A DNA stretch of 63,505 nt, the filler included, from Folioceros fuciformis (taxonomy: Eukaryota): assembly GCA_049999805.1 (NCBI GenBank). It is 7 parts of 7 records of this genome, joined end to end, with 100 filler letters (N's around TTAATTAATTAA, not from the genome) between each part and the next. Parts side by side here need not be neighbours in the genome. Positions count along the whole stretch, not along the records: positions 41,623 to 46,748 come from JBNGIO010003178.1; positions 46,849 to 58,906 come from JBNGIO010003179.1; 5 more parts are not named here. The stretch is one strand, 5' to 3'. Numbering within the stretch: position 1 is the stretch's first letter; every line of letters starts with the position of its first letter. A program made the position numbers and the translations under genes. A model generated the notes under the pieces. The model saw only the letters and a list, made by a program, of their open reading frames with translations. It was not told where the DNA came from and did not search any database. Shown one piece after another: positions 41,523 to 53,009 of the stretch.

Positions 41523-41622
41523 NNNNNNNNNNNNNNNNNNNNNNNNNNNNNNNNNNNNNNNNNNNNTTAATTAATTAANNNNNNNNNNNNNNNNNNNNNN
41601 NNNNNNNNNNNNNNNNNNNNNN

Positions 41623-44600
41623 TGGATTTCAAGCTTCTTACCTTGTTAAAACCATCTTTGCTTGCTAACTCTGTACACAAAGGTGTAGCCTGCAAGCATG
41701 CAACGAAAACAAGTAAAAAACATATGTTTGGAAGTCCTAATTCTTGTCCACCCTGCTCTATATATGCTTACAATAAGTGGGAGATTAGAAATCAGAAAAT
41801 CAGAAACGGAATTCAACAACAAGAGTCAGAAGCTAGACCTGTAGCTGACAGACTCCCTGATGCTGTCAACATACTGTAACTGAGCTGCATGTGCATTACA
41901 TGTTTGAAGTCGTTAGTTTTCTAACCCCTGCAAAGCCATCACCGAATCTTAGTAATTTTGGGAGTAGCTAACCCAAAAATACCAAAGGGGTAAAATGGCA
42001 TTTGCAATAGATACCTTATCTAGCTTGGGTGGGGAAGGGTTCAAGGAGAAAGATAGGTTTGGAGGTCAGGATTACGACATATGGGTAATCCGCATGAAAG
42101 GGGCCTTACAAAATAGGAAGTTGTGGAAGGTAGTCATTGGGGAAGAGAAGGCCCCAGTGGCCCCCACACCTCCCACATTACCTACAGCTGCTGAGAAAAA
42201 GTTAATTGATGCATGGGATGCAAAGGATGAGGCAGCTATGTTCCTCATTAGGAGTGGTCTTACCTCAGAGATGTTAAGACAGACTTCAGGATGTACAACC
42301 TCAGCAGAAATATGGATAAGACTTCAAGACCTGTATGCAAGCAATAACCATACAAGTCAAATGACAGCTTTGAGAAATTTACAATTATGTAAAATGAGAG
42401 AAGGAGAATCAATCGAAAAGCACCTTGGACACTTTAGGACACTTGTGTCCAGACTTGAAAGTGCTTCAAACGAGGTTGTTAAAGATGATACACTAATACT
42501 TTACTTCCTCATATCCTTACCAGACTCTTGGTCACATTTTGTGACCTCCTTCAATGCCTCGAGACTCCAGACTGAGAAACTTGCAAAGGCAGCAGGTGTA
42601 ATCCTGCCAGAAACCAGCTTTGCAGAGTTAGTGGGAACCTTATTGCAAGAAGAAGCAAGCAAATCTTACAACAGACGAGCTGGTAAGCAGCAAGCCCTCT
42701 ATACATCCAACAGAGGACGTGGAGGAGGAAGACCCTATAACAGGGGTGGGGGCAGTACCTCGAGAGGTGGTGGTTCACAAGGACGTGGAACCAGCCAGAG
42801 AAAACCCAAAAGGACAGGAACTTGCAACTGGTGCAAATTACCTGGTCATTGGGAGCGTGAGTGTAGGAAAAAGCAGGCTGGTGTACCTCGCAAGGAGGGT
42901 TCGACCAGTGCTGAGACTCGCATGGTTGTTAAGAAGCAACCAACCCCCTCTGTTCTCACAGTTGGTACAACAGTGTTTGCCACAAGTTCATCCTTGTCAC
43001 CTGCTTGTTTGTCAGCAAATACAAAGGTTAAGTATACCATAGATTGGTACTTAGACACAGGGGCTACTGCCCATATTTGCCTAGACAGAAAAGCATTTCA
43101 AACGTACAAATCAGTTAAGGATCAGTACGTATACCTGGGGGATGACAGATCTCTGGTGTCTCCTGGCATTGGAACAATAGAACTGCATGTTCCATCAGGA
43201 AATGTATTAGTGTTGCATGATGTGTACTATGTACCAGACATGACACGTAACCTCATTTCAGTCAGAAAGCTGAATTCTGATAATCACTGTCACATTCTCT
43301 TTACTCAAACAGAATGTCAAGTATTAGATGCCTTTAATCATACTAGAGTACTTGCCTTTGGGTCTTCTGAGAAGGACTTGTTCCGTCTACATACAGATAG
43401 AAGTATACCATTTTCTCATTTGACCAAGGATGCTACTCATGCATCTGCACAGCAAATAGAAAAGTCAAAACTATGGCATTTACGATTAGGGCACCCACAT
43501 TCAGCAAAATTACAGAAATTAGCTGTAAGTGATCTTTACCAGCATGGGCAGATAGGTCCTCTGGTGCCACTTCCTTTGTGTGAGTCTTGTGTTCTCTCAA
43601 AGTGGCATCAAGCAGCCTTTAAGAACAAAGAACCACACAGAGCTACAGATGTCCTGGAACTTGTTCATACGGACTTATGTGGACCACTATCACAAGAATC
43701 CATTGGTGGTGGCAAGTATTTCCTGACATTTACAGATGACAAGACAAGGTTTGTAACAACCTATATCTTAAAGCAAAAGAGTGAATGCTTCAGCTATTTT
43801 AAAGAATATCTCAAGTATGTTGAAAGGTGGACTGGAAAACAACTAAAAACCCTAAGATCTGATAACGGGGGAGAGTTTACCTCAAACGAGTTTCAGGACT
43901 ACTGTTTAACTGAGGGTATTGGACGCCAGCTTACAGTTGTCTACACGCCTCAACAGAATGGCGTGGCTGAGCGGCTCAATCTTACGTTGCAGGAGATGAC
44001 ATCTTCTCTCCTACATCATGCTCAGCTGCCCCTGCCATATTGGGCAGAGGCCATTATGACATCAACCTATCTCAAAACCAGACTGCCTACCACTTCAGTA
44101 GTTGATCTTACCCCTTATGAAGCGTTCACAGGGCGCAAGCCATCCATACTTCACTTGCGTATCTTTGGTTGTAAAGCATACGCCTTTGTTCCTAAGGAGA
44201 AAAGAAAGAAGCTATTAGACAAGGTTAGAAAACTTCTGATGTTAGGCTATACAAAGGGCATCAAAGCATATAAACTTTATGATATACCTAAAAATAAAGT
44301 TATCTACGCTAGGAGCGTTACTTTTGATGAAGGTAGCACTTGGGCCTCAGTGGGAGTATCCCAGGATCCTCCTCTTGGTGACGAAGAGGCATCAGCGTTT
44401 CAAGATTCACACTTTGACCAGACTGATCATGGCACTCAAGTTGTTCCTGTTGAGGATGTTGCCCCTGTGGGTGGGGTAGATCCGGCTGATGATATTGATG
44501 ATTCAGCAGGTTTTGATGATGTAGCTGTAGAACCTGCACAACAAGATGTTCCAGACAATCATCAGGATCAACAGGACCATCATCCTCCAAAACCAATTGC

Positions 44601-46748
44601 TGATCCGACTGAGCCTACCTTAGATGCTGAGCTTGTTGACCCTCCAGTTGCTGAAGAACCAGTTAGAAGGTATCCCACCTGCCAGCGACAACCTCCTGAC
44701 TACTACCGTGCTCCGGATTTCCGAGCTTCTTCTTCTCATGTGACTGTCAATGCTGCCACTTCTCTTGATCCCATTGAGCCTCAATCCTATGAAGAGGCGT
44801 TGCGTAGACCTGATCACAAAGAATGGGAAAAAACAATTCAATCAGTGTATGACTCATTAATGGAGAACGGAACATGGGAACTAGTGGAGTTACCTCCAGA
44901 AAGAAAGCTAGTTTCATGCAAATGGGTTTTCAAACTGAAGGTTAAGGCAGATGGTACCTTCGATCGTTACAAGGCTCGTTTGGTGGCAAGGGAATTCTCT
45001 CCGATCCCTGGCTTGGACTATCTTGAAACGTTTTCTCCAGTAGGCAAGTTGTCCACTCTTCGAATTATCCTTGCCATATCCACACATTACGATTATGAGT
45101 TGCAAATGTACGATGTCAAAACAGCTTTCTTATACGGCAAATTAGACACAGAAATATACATGCAGCAACCGCCTGGATATGTAGTGAAGGGTAAAGCAAA
45201 CTATGCCTGTAAGCTGATCAAGTGTATATATGGGTTAAAGCAGTCAGCTATGAATGGAATGTTGCCCTAGATACAGAACTTCTACAGCTTGGATTCACAA
45301 AGAGCCAGGCAGACAACAGTCTATACATATACTCGAAAGGAGAGGTTATATGCTATCTGGCAGTCTACGTGGACGATCTGATACTGTCCAGTAATAGTCA
45401 GGCCTTTATAACAAGCATTACAGATGTGTTGGCCACTAAGGTTAAGATGTCTTGTTTGGGACCCTTACAGAGCTGCCTTGGAATACACATTCAGAGGGAT
45501 AGAAAACAACGGGTTATGACTCTTACTGAACCATGTTACCTTCTTGATTGTGTTGAACAGCTAGGTTTAAAGGATGCCAAGCCTGCATCGACACCCATGG
45601 CAGCAGGTCAGAAACTTAGCAAGGCTATGTCATCAACTACACGTGATGAGAAAGAACAGATGAAGGGCGTACCTTACAGACAAGGTGTTGGCAAGCTTAT
45701 ATACGCTAGTAACACGACGAGACTTGAAATAGCTTATTCTACAAGTGTACTCTCCCAGTTCTTGGAAGATCCAGGACTGAAGCATTGGACAAGTCTTAAG
45801 CGTGTGTTCAGATACCTGAAAGGAACACCCAGATTAGGTATCACGTACAAGTATCAAGAAGGAAAAGCATTGGACCTGGAAGTCTTTACTGACTCTGATT
45901 ATGCAGGTGATATTGATAGCAGTAAATCAGTATCTGGTTACCTGATTACAATTGCTGCAGGGCCAGTTTGCTGGTCAAGCAAAAAGCAGCCTACAGTCGC
46001 TCTTTCTTCGACAGAAGCAGAGTATCGTGTACTGGCTGCAGCAGCAAAAGAGGTAGTTTGGTGTAAGCTACTGTTTAAGGAGTTAGGCATCCCGATCCCA
46101 ACTTGTACCACAACACAAACCGACAACCAAGGTTCGATGGCTTTAGCCAAGAATCCAGTGTTCCATGCACGAACGAAACACGTGGAGGTGGAATACCATT
46201 ACATCAGAGGACTGGTAGCAGAAGGAAAGATTGAACTTCAGTATGTCTCAACTCAAGAAAACCCGGCAGACATACTTACAAAGGCTTTGAGCAGAGATGC
46301 TCACAATAAGCACATTCAGCGTCTTGGTATGGGAGAGGCACAAGCCTTCTCATCCAATACAATCTAACAAGAAACCTAGCCTAAAACACCGGTGACTCAT
46401 AGCCATCAAAATAAGCAGAGCATCCAAAGTCTATCTCGTCTCCAGACTGCTGGGATTCGGAAGTAGACTCATCTTCTATTGGGTAAGGGTTGTGACAGCC
46501 ACCAGGTGACAGATCTCTAGGAAAGCCAGGATGGACTCTTTTCTTGAGAGGGGTTTCTTCAACTCTCAGCCTTTCTTCCTTCTTAGCCTCCTCCCTGAGT
46601 CTGAGAGTAGACTCTGAATGTAAACTGAGAAACAAGAAGATTGTAAGTAATCCTGCAAAAGATAACAGCAACAAAAGGACTTGATACAGCAAGCAAGAAC
46701 AGCAGCAGCTACTTACTATACGTGCTGACCACATGGACAGGGATGTTC
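41623..46748 (+). mobile_element. Nearly intact Ty1/Copia internal region; gag-pol 41995-46367 with a single frameshift near 45250
   Basis: gag FKEKDRFGGQDYDIW, zinc knuckle CNWCKLPGHWEREC, protease WYLDTGATAH, integrase LWHLRLGH..CESC..LVHTDLCGP..TDD..RSDNGGEF..NGVAER, RT CKWVFK..YGLKQS..YVDDLI, RNase H DSDYAG..EAEY..DNQG..ADILTK. Both ends fall in gaps. Confidence 0.96.
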
Positions 46749-46848
46749 NNNNNNNNNNNNNNNNNNNNNNNNNNNNNNNNNNNNNNNNNNNNTTAATTAA
46801 TTAANNNNNNNNNNNNNNNNNNNNNNNNNNNNNNNNNNNNNNNNNNNN

Positions 46849-49200
46849 TGGGGGCGGCTGCAACCCCTGCCTCTAGCTCTAGCTAGGGCATGGCCTCCAC
46901 AACCGTTCATGCCAGCCAAGCAATCAGCCAGCCTATCGTCAGACCCTGACCCCTGACACTGACACACCCAGATACCCCTTCCTATGTTCAAACCATTATT
47001 ATATTATTATATTATTTTAATATTATTATATTATTATTTAATTATTTAATATTATATCTTTAAATAATAGTAAACTAATCACCCAACCCTATGGCCCGGT
47101 ACCGAACCTAAACCTTCCCAGGTCTGGGACCAAACCTATACCCACTCTTATAACCAAACCAACTATTTCCTGGTCAATTAACTTAATTAGCACAAAGAAA
47201 AATAGGAAAAATGACCAGAAAATCAAGGAAAATTAGGGAAAATAAGTTGAAAAAGAAAACCAAACCATACCACTATTAACCCTTTTTCAACCAAAACAAA
47301 CTACTACCCCAAACTTTGGAGGTTCACAAGCACCTTGGGGTTGCTTTGATGAACTAGGAGGGTACTAATGCAAGCCTGTCCTTGAATAATTGTGTTCCCC
47401 TCGTAACTCTTGTTGAACAACATTGAAGGAAGAACCAGTGTGCTATACACCCCTCTTCCTAAATTTATAACCACAACCTACAATTCCTTTGTGGACCACC
47501 TAGCACAATAGCTTAACTCACTGTCATTAGACTCCGCAATTTCTATAGCGAGCAGCACGTCGTCCACCTTCACAGGTGCATACGATCATATGAAGGAAAA
47601 AGATCGGTTCAACGGACAACACTTCCCCGTGTGGCGCACACGCATGAAGTCCATCTTGATAGGTCGAGGTGTTTGGAAGATTGTCGATGGCACCCTTCCA
47701 AAGCCTGACCCTTTTGCCACTCCACCCCCGCTAGTCGCTGTTGTTGAGAGATGGGAATATTTGAACGGGATCGCAATTGCTCTCCTCATTAGTGGACTTG
47801 ACTCGAGTCTAGTGCCTAGCGTAGAGTTCCTCACGGAGGCTTGTGCAATCTGGGACCAGCTATCAAACACATACAATGTTAACAATGTTCTGACCTTGTA
47901 TAGTGTAAGGTAGGAATTCAACTCGTTAAGGATGAAGGAGACAAATACAATCTCTGTTCATACCTTGAAGTTCAGACTTCTGCGAGGGCAGCTTGCCTCC
48001 CTTGGCTCAACCATGTCGGAGACCAATGCCACTGCACAGCTGCTAATGAGCTTACCACCGTCTTACAAAAATTTCGTGACCAACCTGATGTTGGTATCAA
48101 CTCATGGTAAGTCAAGTACACCCTCCACCCTTACAATGGAGGACATTATCGGCGCTCTGTATCAGAAGGAGTAGAGCCGCCTTAGCTCTGTAGGAGGGTC
48201 CAAGCCCAAGGCAGACATGGCGCTTTCTACCCGCTTCAAACCCGGGAGGAAATCAAAGGGCAAGGCGAACTTCATCCCTAAAGGTGACTCAACCTCTGTC
48301 CCTCCTCACCGAGCTCAAAATTGCAATTGGTGCGGAGCTGCTGGCCATTGGGCACAAGAGTGCCACAAGAAAGAGGCCGGAGAGCCGCAAAAGGCTGACC
48401 TGAGATAGGTAGCCAGTATTGCAGTTAAGGGGAACGCCAACACAATGGAGACAAAAACCGTAAAGATACTTACGGTCTGCCTCAACACCCAGTTGCATCA
48501 GGATGCGGGGTGGTATCTGGACAATGGAGCCACAGCCCACATATGCAACAATCGTACTCTATTCACCAAGCTGAATACTCGTCCTCTCAGGGAAAGGGTG
48601 TTACTCGGTGACAAACATAGTAGATCTAGCTTGCTAATCATGGGACAAGGCACTTTCAAATTTCCCCTTGAGGACGGTTTAGTGCTTACCTTGGAGCCTT
48701 TGCTCCTAGTCCCACAGATGGGCAAGAACTTGGTCTCCATGATTCAACTGCCGAAGCAAGGCGATCTTAAGATGCTTGCTTCAAGGGGGGTCATGCTACT
48801 TTTTAGGACCACAAATATTGACTTGTGCCTCTTCAATGTCGTGCCTCAAGATGGCCTATACAGGCTCTCATTAGCCTTCAGAGGGAGCGCATCAAAGAGG
48901 AGCATCGCACTCCCTGGGAGATAGCCTCCACCACTGGTCAAGTTACGTTCATCTTAAGAGGGAGTGTTAAGGAATGGATAATCTGCCCGTAACCCTGCCG
49001 ACCAGCTAGTTACCGTAGGCCGTAATTAATAGTGTTTAATAATTACGAACATGTGTGCCTCTTCGGAAGAGACACCCAGTGACACTATTTAAGACACACT
49101 TTGTATACACCTTCTGCAGATTAAAACACGAAATATCTTTTTGAGCATTGCGTCTTTATCATGCTAGACTAGATGCAATCCTATTGCTAGGATTTTCACA
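46849..49200 (+). mobile_element. Internally deleted Copia (gag plus protease only) with PPT and 3' LTR
   Basis: gag MKEKDRFNGQHFPVW.., CNWCGAAGHWAQEC and WYLDNGATAH. There is no integrase or RT before the PPT AAGAGGGAG (48956-48964) and LTR 48965-49200 (TGTTAAGG..TTTTCACA). Confidence 0.82.
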
Positions 49201-49935
49201 GTACTCAAGCTGTTAAAATGCATATATAGGCTTAAGCAAAGTGGGAGAGTATGGTACCTTACTATGCACGAGTATTTGCTTAGCATCAATTTTGTCCATA
49301 ACAGTGCAGATACCAATGTCTACAAGCTCGCTGAAGGGTCTTCTATAGTTGTCTTGGTATTGTATGTGGATGATGTTATCTTTGCCACAAACAACCATAA
49401 GCTACTATCAGCTGTTAAGGACAAACTCAGCCACAAGTTTAATATGCAAGAGATTGGGGGGTTGAAGTTTTGTCTTGGCATACAACTTCTTCGTCTTAGA
49501 TTTGAAGGTTTACTAATCCTTCACCAATACAATATGTTAATGAAACCCTCAAGAAGTTTAACTTAGACCAGGCACGCCTAGCCACTACACCTTATGTTGT
49601 AGGGACCAAGCTCACTCGACTTCACTGTCCTACAACAACAGAGGAGATAGAGGACATGAAAAACATAACTTACAAACATGTAGTTAGGAGCCTTATTTTT
49701 GTCGCCAATTGAACAAGGTCTGATATGCAATTTTAAGTAAGCACAGCTTCTCATTTCCTTGAAAATCCTAGTAGGCCCGATTGAACAGCAGTCAAACGGA
49801 TATTCCGTTATCTCAAGGGCACACACCAAACAGGATTGATGTATAAACATACTGGGACATCCCAACTTACTCTCACAGGCTTCACTGATGCTGACTAGGC
49901 ATCTGATCAAGACTCCAGACATAGCTTGTTTAGTT
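49201..49935 (+). mobile_element. Decayed Copia RT fragment, host of the preceding insertion
   Basis: Resumes mid-domain as VLKLLKCIYRLKQSGRVWY, then LVLYVDDVIF, LKFCLGIQ, VKRIFRYLKGT, GFTDAD*ASD. Confidence 0.85.
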
Positions 49936-51355
49936 ATGACATAAGCTTCACACCAGGATAGAGATTCTATCAAAGGAAGGGAAGGATTCCTGTAGAGATT
50001 TCCCTTAGACATTTGAATGAGTTTTTGGCTATTAAGATGTCCTAATCTACAATGCCAAAGTACGGTGATATTGCAGGTTACAAAATTTTGAGAAGCTACA
50101 TGTATACTATCATGTGAGGATCCCACTTTGGCAGACCAATAACCCGTCCTCTAAAGTGCCTGTGCAGATGTTGAAAGATTCACCTGGAAAACAAGCGATT
50201 AGACAACTATCTGCATTTAAAATGACTTGCAGACAATGTTCTAAACATAATCTAGCGGCTGACACAAATTTTTTTTACAAATGGATGGTACGTGAAGGAC
50301 ATTAGAGAGAGAGAGCAGTTGGCTTGAAGAACATCTGAGAGTGACTGAACCTCCACTAGAGATGAGAAGGTTGTGGTCATTGCCCAATAGGACAGTCTGG
50401 TACCCGATTATTGGCGAATTAATGGTCTAATTAACTTAATCACACATGTCCAGAGTGTCATCTAAGTCATTTGTCCCCATATTTCTTCGAGTATTTCTCA
50501 AAATAGCACTTTGAGTTGTGACAAATAATCTATAGGAGGGTGGCAAGGAGGATAATAGAACCACGAAGCAATTTAGCTCGAAAATCTTTGTATTAGCCTC
50601 AAGTTGAGATCGTGCCATGCGGAAAGCATTGACATGATGTTCAATGGAGTCTGACTCCTTTATCTTGAGGTTGTTGAAGTTGCGAGTAGCTGTCATGAGG
50701 CTCATGACATCTCTGGAAGAATATAACTGGCCCTAAACCCTAAAATTAAACCAATATGATTGGTAATCTTCGCAGCAAGATAAGTAATTGAATCATTTGT
50801 GGAGTCTTCCTACTTTAGACATTGCAATTCATGGCTCTTATGATCTCGCTTCCATTTTGCAGCCAAATCTACTCTCCAAAATCTATGCTTGGATGTATAT
50901 GAATCCATTTGGAGAGACTTGAATGCACAAGTTGTGTATTATGAAGATTTGAGCATAATAAAGTTGATATTGCATATGAAGCCTTCTTGGAGCATGTTTG
51001 AATATTAAAATGCTTCTAGAATAGAGTAGGCATAGGAGATAATGGCTTTATAGATAGCAAGCAAAATGCTTAAGAATCAAGAGCAATGTGCCCTGATACC
51101 ATGATGAGAATCAATAGCTCTTAGGCATAAGAGATACAATACAATGAATTAATTGAAGAGTAAAGTGCAAGCCTTTATATAGGCTAAGTGGTTAGGCGGT
51201 TATAACAATATGTTGTTATAACCACCAAGTTGTTGTAACTAATGTAAAACTAACTACCTAGACAAAATAGGTAACTACCTAATGCCCTAGGCATAATTAA
51301 TGTTTAAGTAATGTGGCCCTAATGAATAGTGCCCTAAACTAAATATATTTCATCA
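49936..51355 (-). mobile_element. Decayed Copia 5' part: LTR, PBS, gag and pre-integrase remnants
   Basis: LTR 51102-51355 with TGATGA..TCATCA inverted ends, PBS TGGTATCAG at 51093-51101, gag RNFNNLKIKESDSIEHHVNAFR..LLSSLPPSY, and LWHCRLGHLNS. Confidence 0.83.
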
Positions 51356-52900
51356 GTACTGTTATATAGGATGTGAGGAAATTATTCTAGCAAGGAGGGA
51401 GCGAGAAGAGGATTTGGAGACAAAGTTCATCATTTATCACAGCTTTCCCTATAGCCCCTTCTACCCTAGATGCTGATGATCTAAAGGTACTTACATGTTT
51501 CTCTATTGAATCCCCTTCTTTCATGATATATGTTTGGAAAGCTTGCGCTGCTGACATCATGTTGATAACATTTTGTCCAGCATAAAGATCTTCCAACCTA
51601 GACTAGATTTGGGCAGAAGTCTTAGCCCCTCTAGTTTGTCTCAACATCCTTGATGCTAGACCACCGTGAATAAAGTACAAGGCCTCTTCATTTTTGGTTG
51701 ACCATGCATATGATGCCAAACCTCCTATAGACTTATCTTCCTCACCCTTAGAGAGTTTCCAAAGCTTATTGCATTGGAGAACACCTTTCATGCGCATGAC
51801 CCATATATCATAATCTATGCCATTAAAGTGATCCTTTTCTTTGAATCCTACATAATTTGAGGATGATGATTGTGCCATGTTGAAGGCGCACTTGATAATC
51901 TGCAAGTAACTGGAATTTCTCTTTCTCTAGGTATATCTCTCTCCTTTCTCTTATGTCTAAACAGGTAGAAGAGTTCTTTTACAACAGCCACACTAGTGCA
52001 ACAGACCGATATAACCTAGGTTCCAAGGTTCAAGGTTTAAGTTCCAAGGTTTGATTCGATGCTCTCAGCTCATCAAATATCCTAGTATTCCTCATCACCC
52101 ACTTATTATATGCATAAGTTAGGCATGAAGGACATGAGTTAGGTTGATCAAACTTATGCTCACGTCTTGTTTTGTTAGCATGCTTACACGTTGTTTACCT
52201 AAATGCAAGATTTTTCAACAACTCAGGCTTCAATAATGTAACTAGCTTGTAATCAATGTGAGCAATTTGTCCCTTCAAATCATGAACATCTACGCTGATA
52301 CTAGACACATGTCCATCAATTTGATAAACGTCTTTCTACATTTCTACTATTTGCCTCAATGTGTTCTATTGATGTATTGACACTTACATGTGGTGCAACC
52401 TATGCAGTTAAGAAACCATGAGGACTACCATTTGCCCCAAAGGCTCTGCTTACCCGTACTCCAAGCAAGTTTTTTGGATTTCTCAGAGGGAGAGGGAATG
52501 CCAAGTCTAACTCTTGTGGAAAAAGAGTTTCAACAATTATGTTGAAAGCATCCTTGTATGTTTGTATTTGGTGTGTAGGGTTTCTGAAACGCCATTCATA
52601 CACAAGTTGACATAGATTTTTCCTCAGCCAGACAACTTGCCAAGATCAAAACAGAGTTTGTAACCCAAAGTATCAACCTGAATTTGGAAAGGGGCTGTAG
52701 GAGGATGAAGCGTAAAGGTTACCTAATCTCCTGTCTAGCCCATGTTGACCCTGCATCCTTCAGTCTTCATCAAAATCCACCTCTTTGAGCCTGTTTAGCA
52801 GCCTGATAGTGTTCTCCGACTGCTTGACTAGGCCTTGTCTCCTAAGAAAAATAAGGAATGCTAGAAACGTGTAAAGGTAGCTTGACATCGTGTGTGCAAT
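51356..52900 (-). mobile_element. Decayed Copia gag N-terminus and leader, interrupted by the element at 49936-51355
   Basis: FKEKDHFNGIDYDIWVMRMKGVL..TSAQI*..MKEGDSIEKHVSTFR..LFSLPP, closely similar to the gag at 41995. Confidence 0.8.
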
Positions 52901-53009
52901 AGCCAGCAAGCAATAAGGAATAACAAAATAATGAATTGGATAAACATCAATGAACATAGAGTTGTTTATATAGTTTAAACCTAATACGCCTAGGTTAACG
53001 TATATTTTT

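Noticed and set aside
45222-45270. Programmed ribosomal frameshift in pol
   Set aside because: It lies inside the RT domain, has no slippery heptamer, and Copia gag-pol is normally one frame. An indel or sequencing error is more likely.
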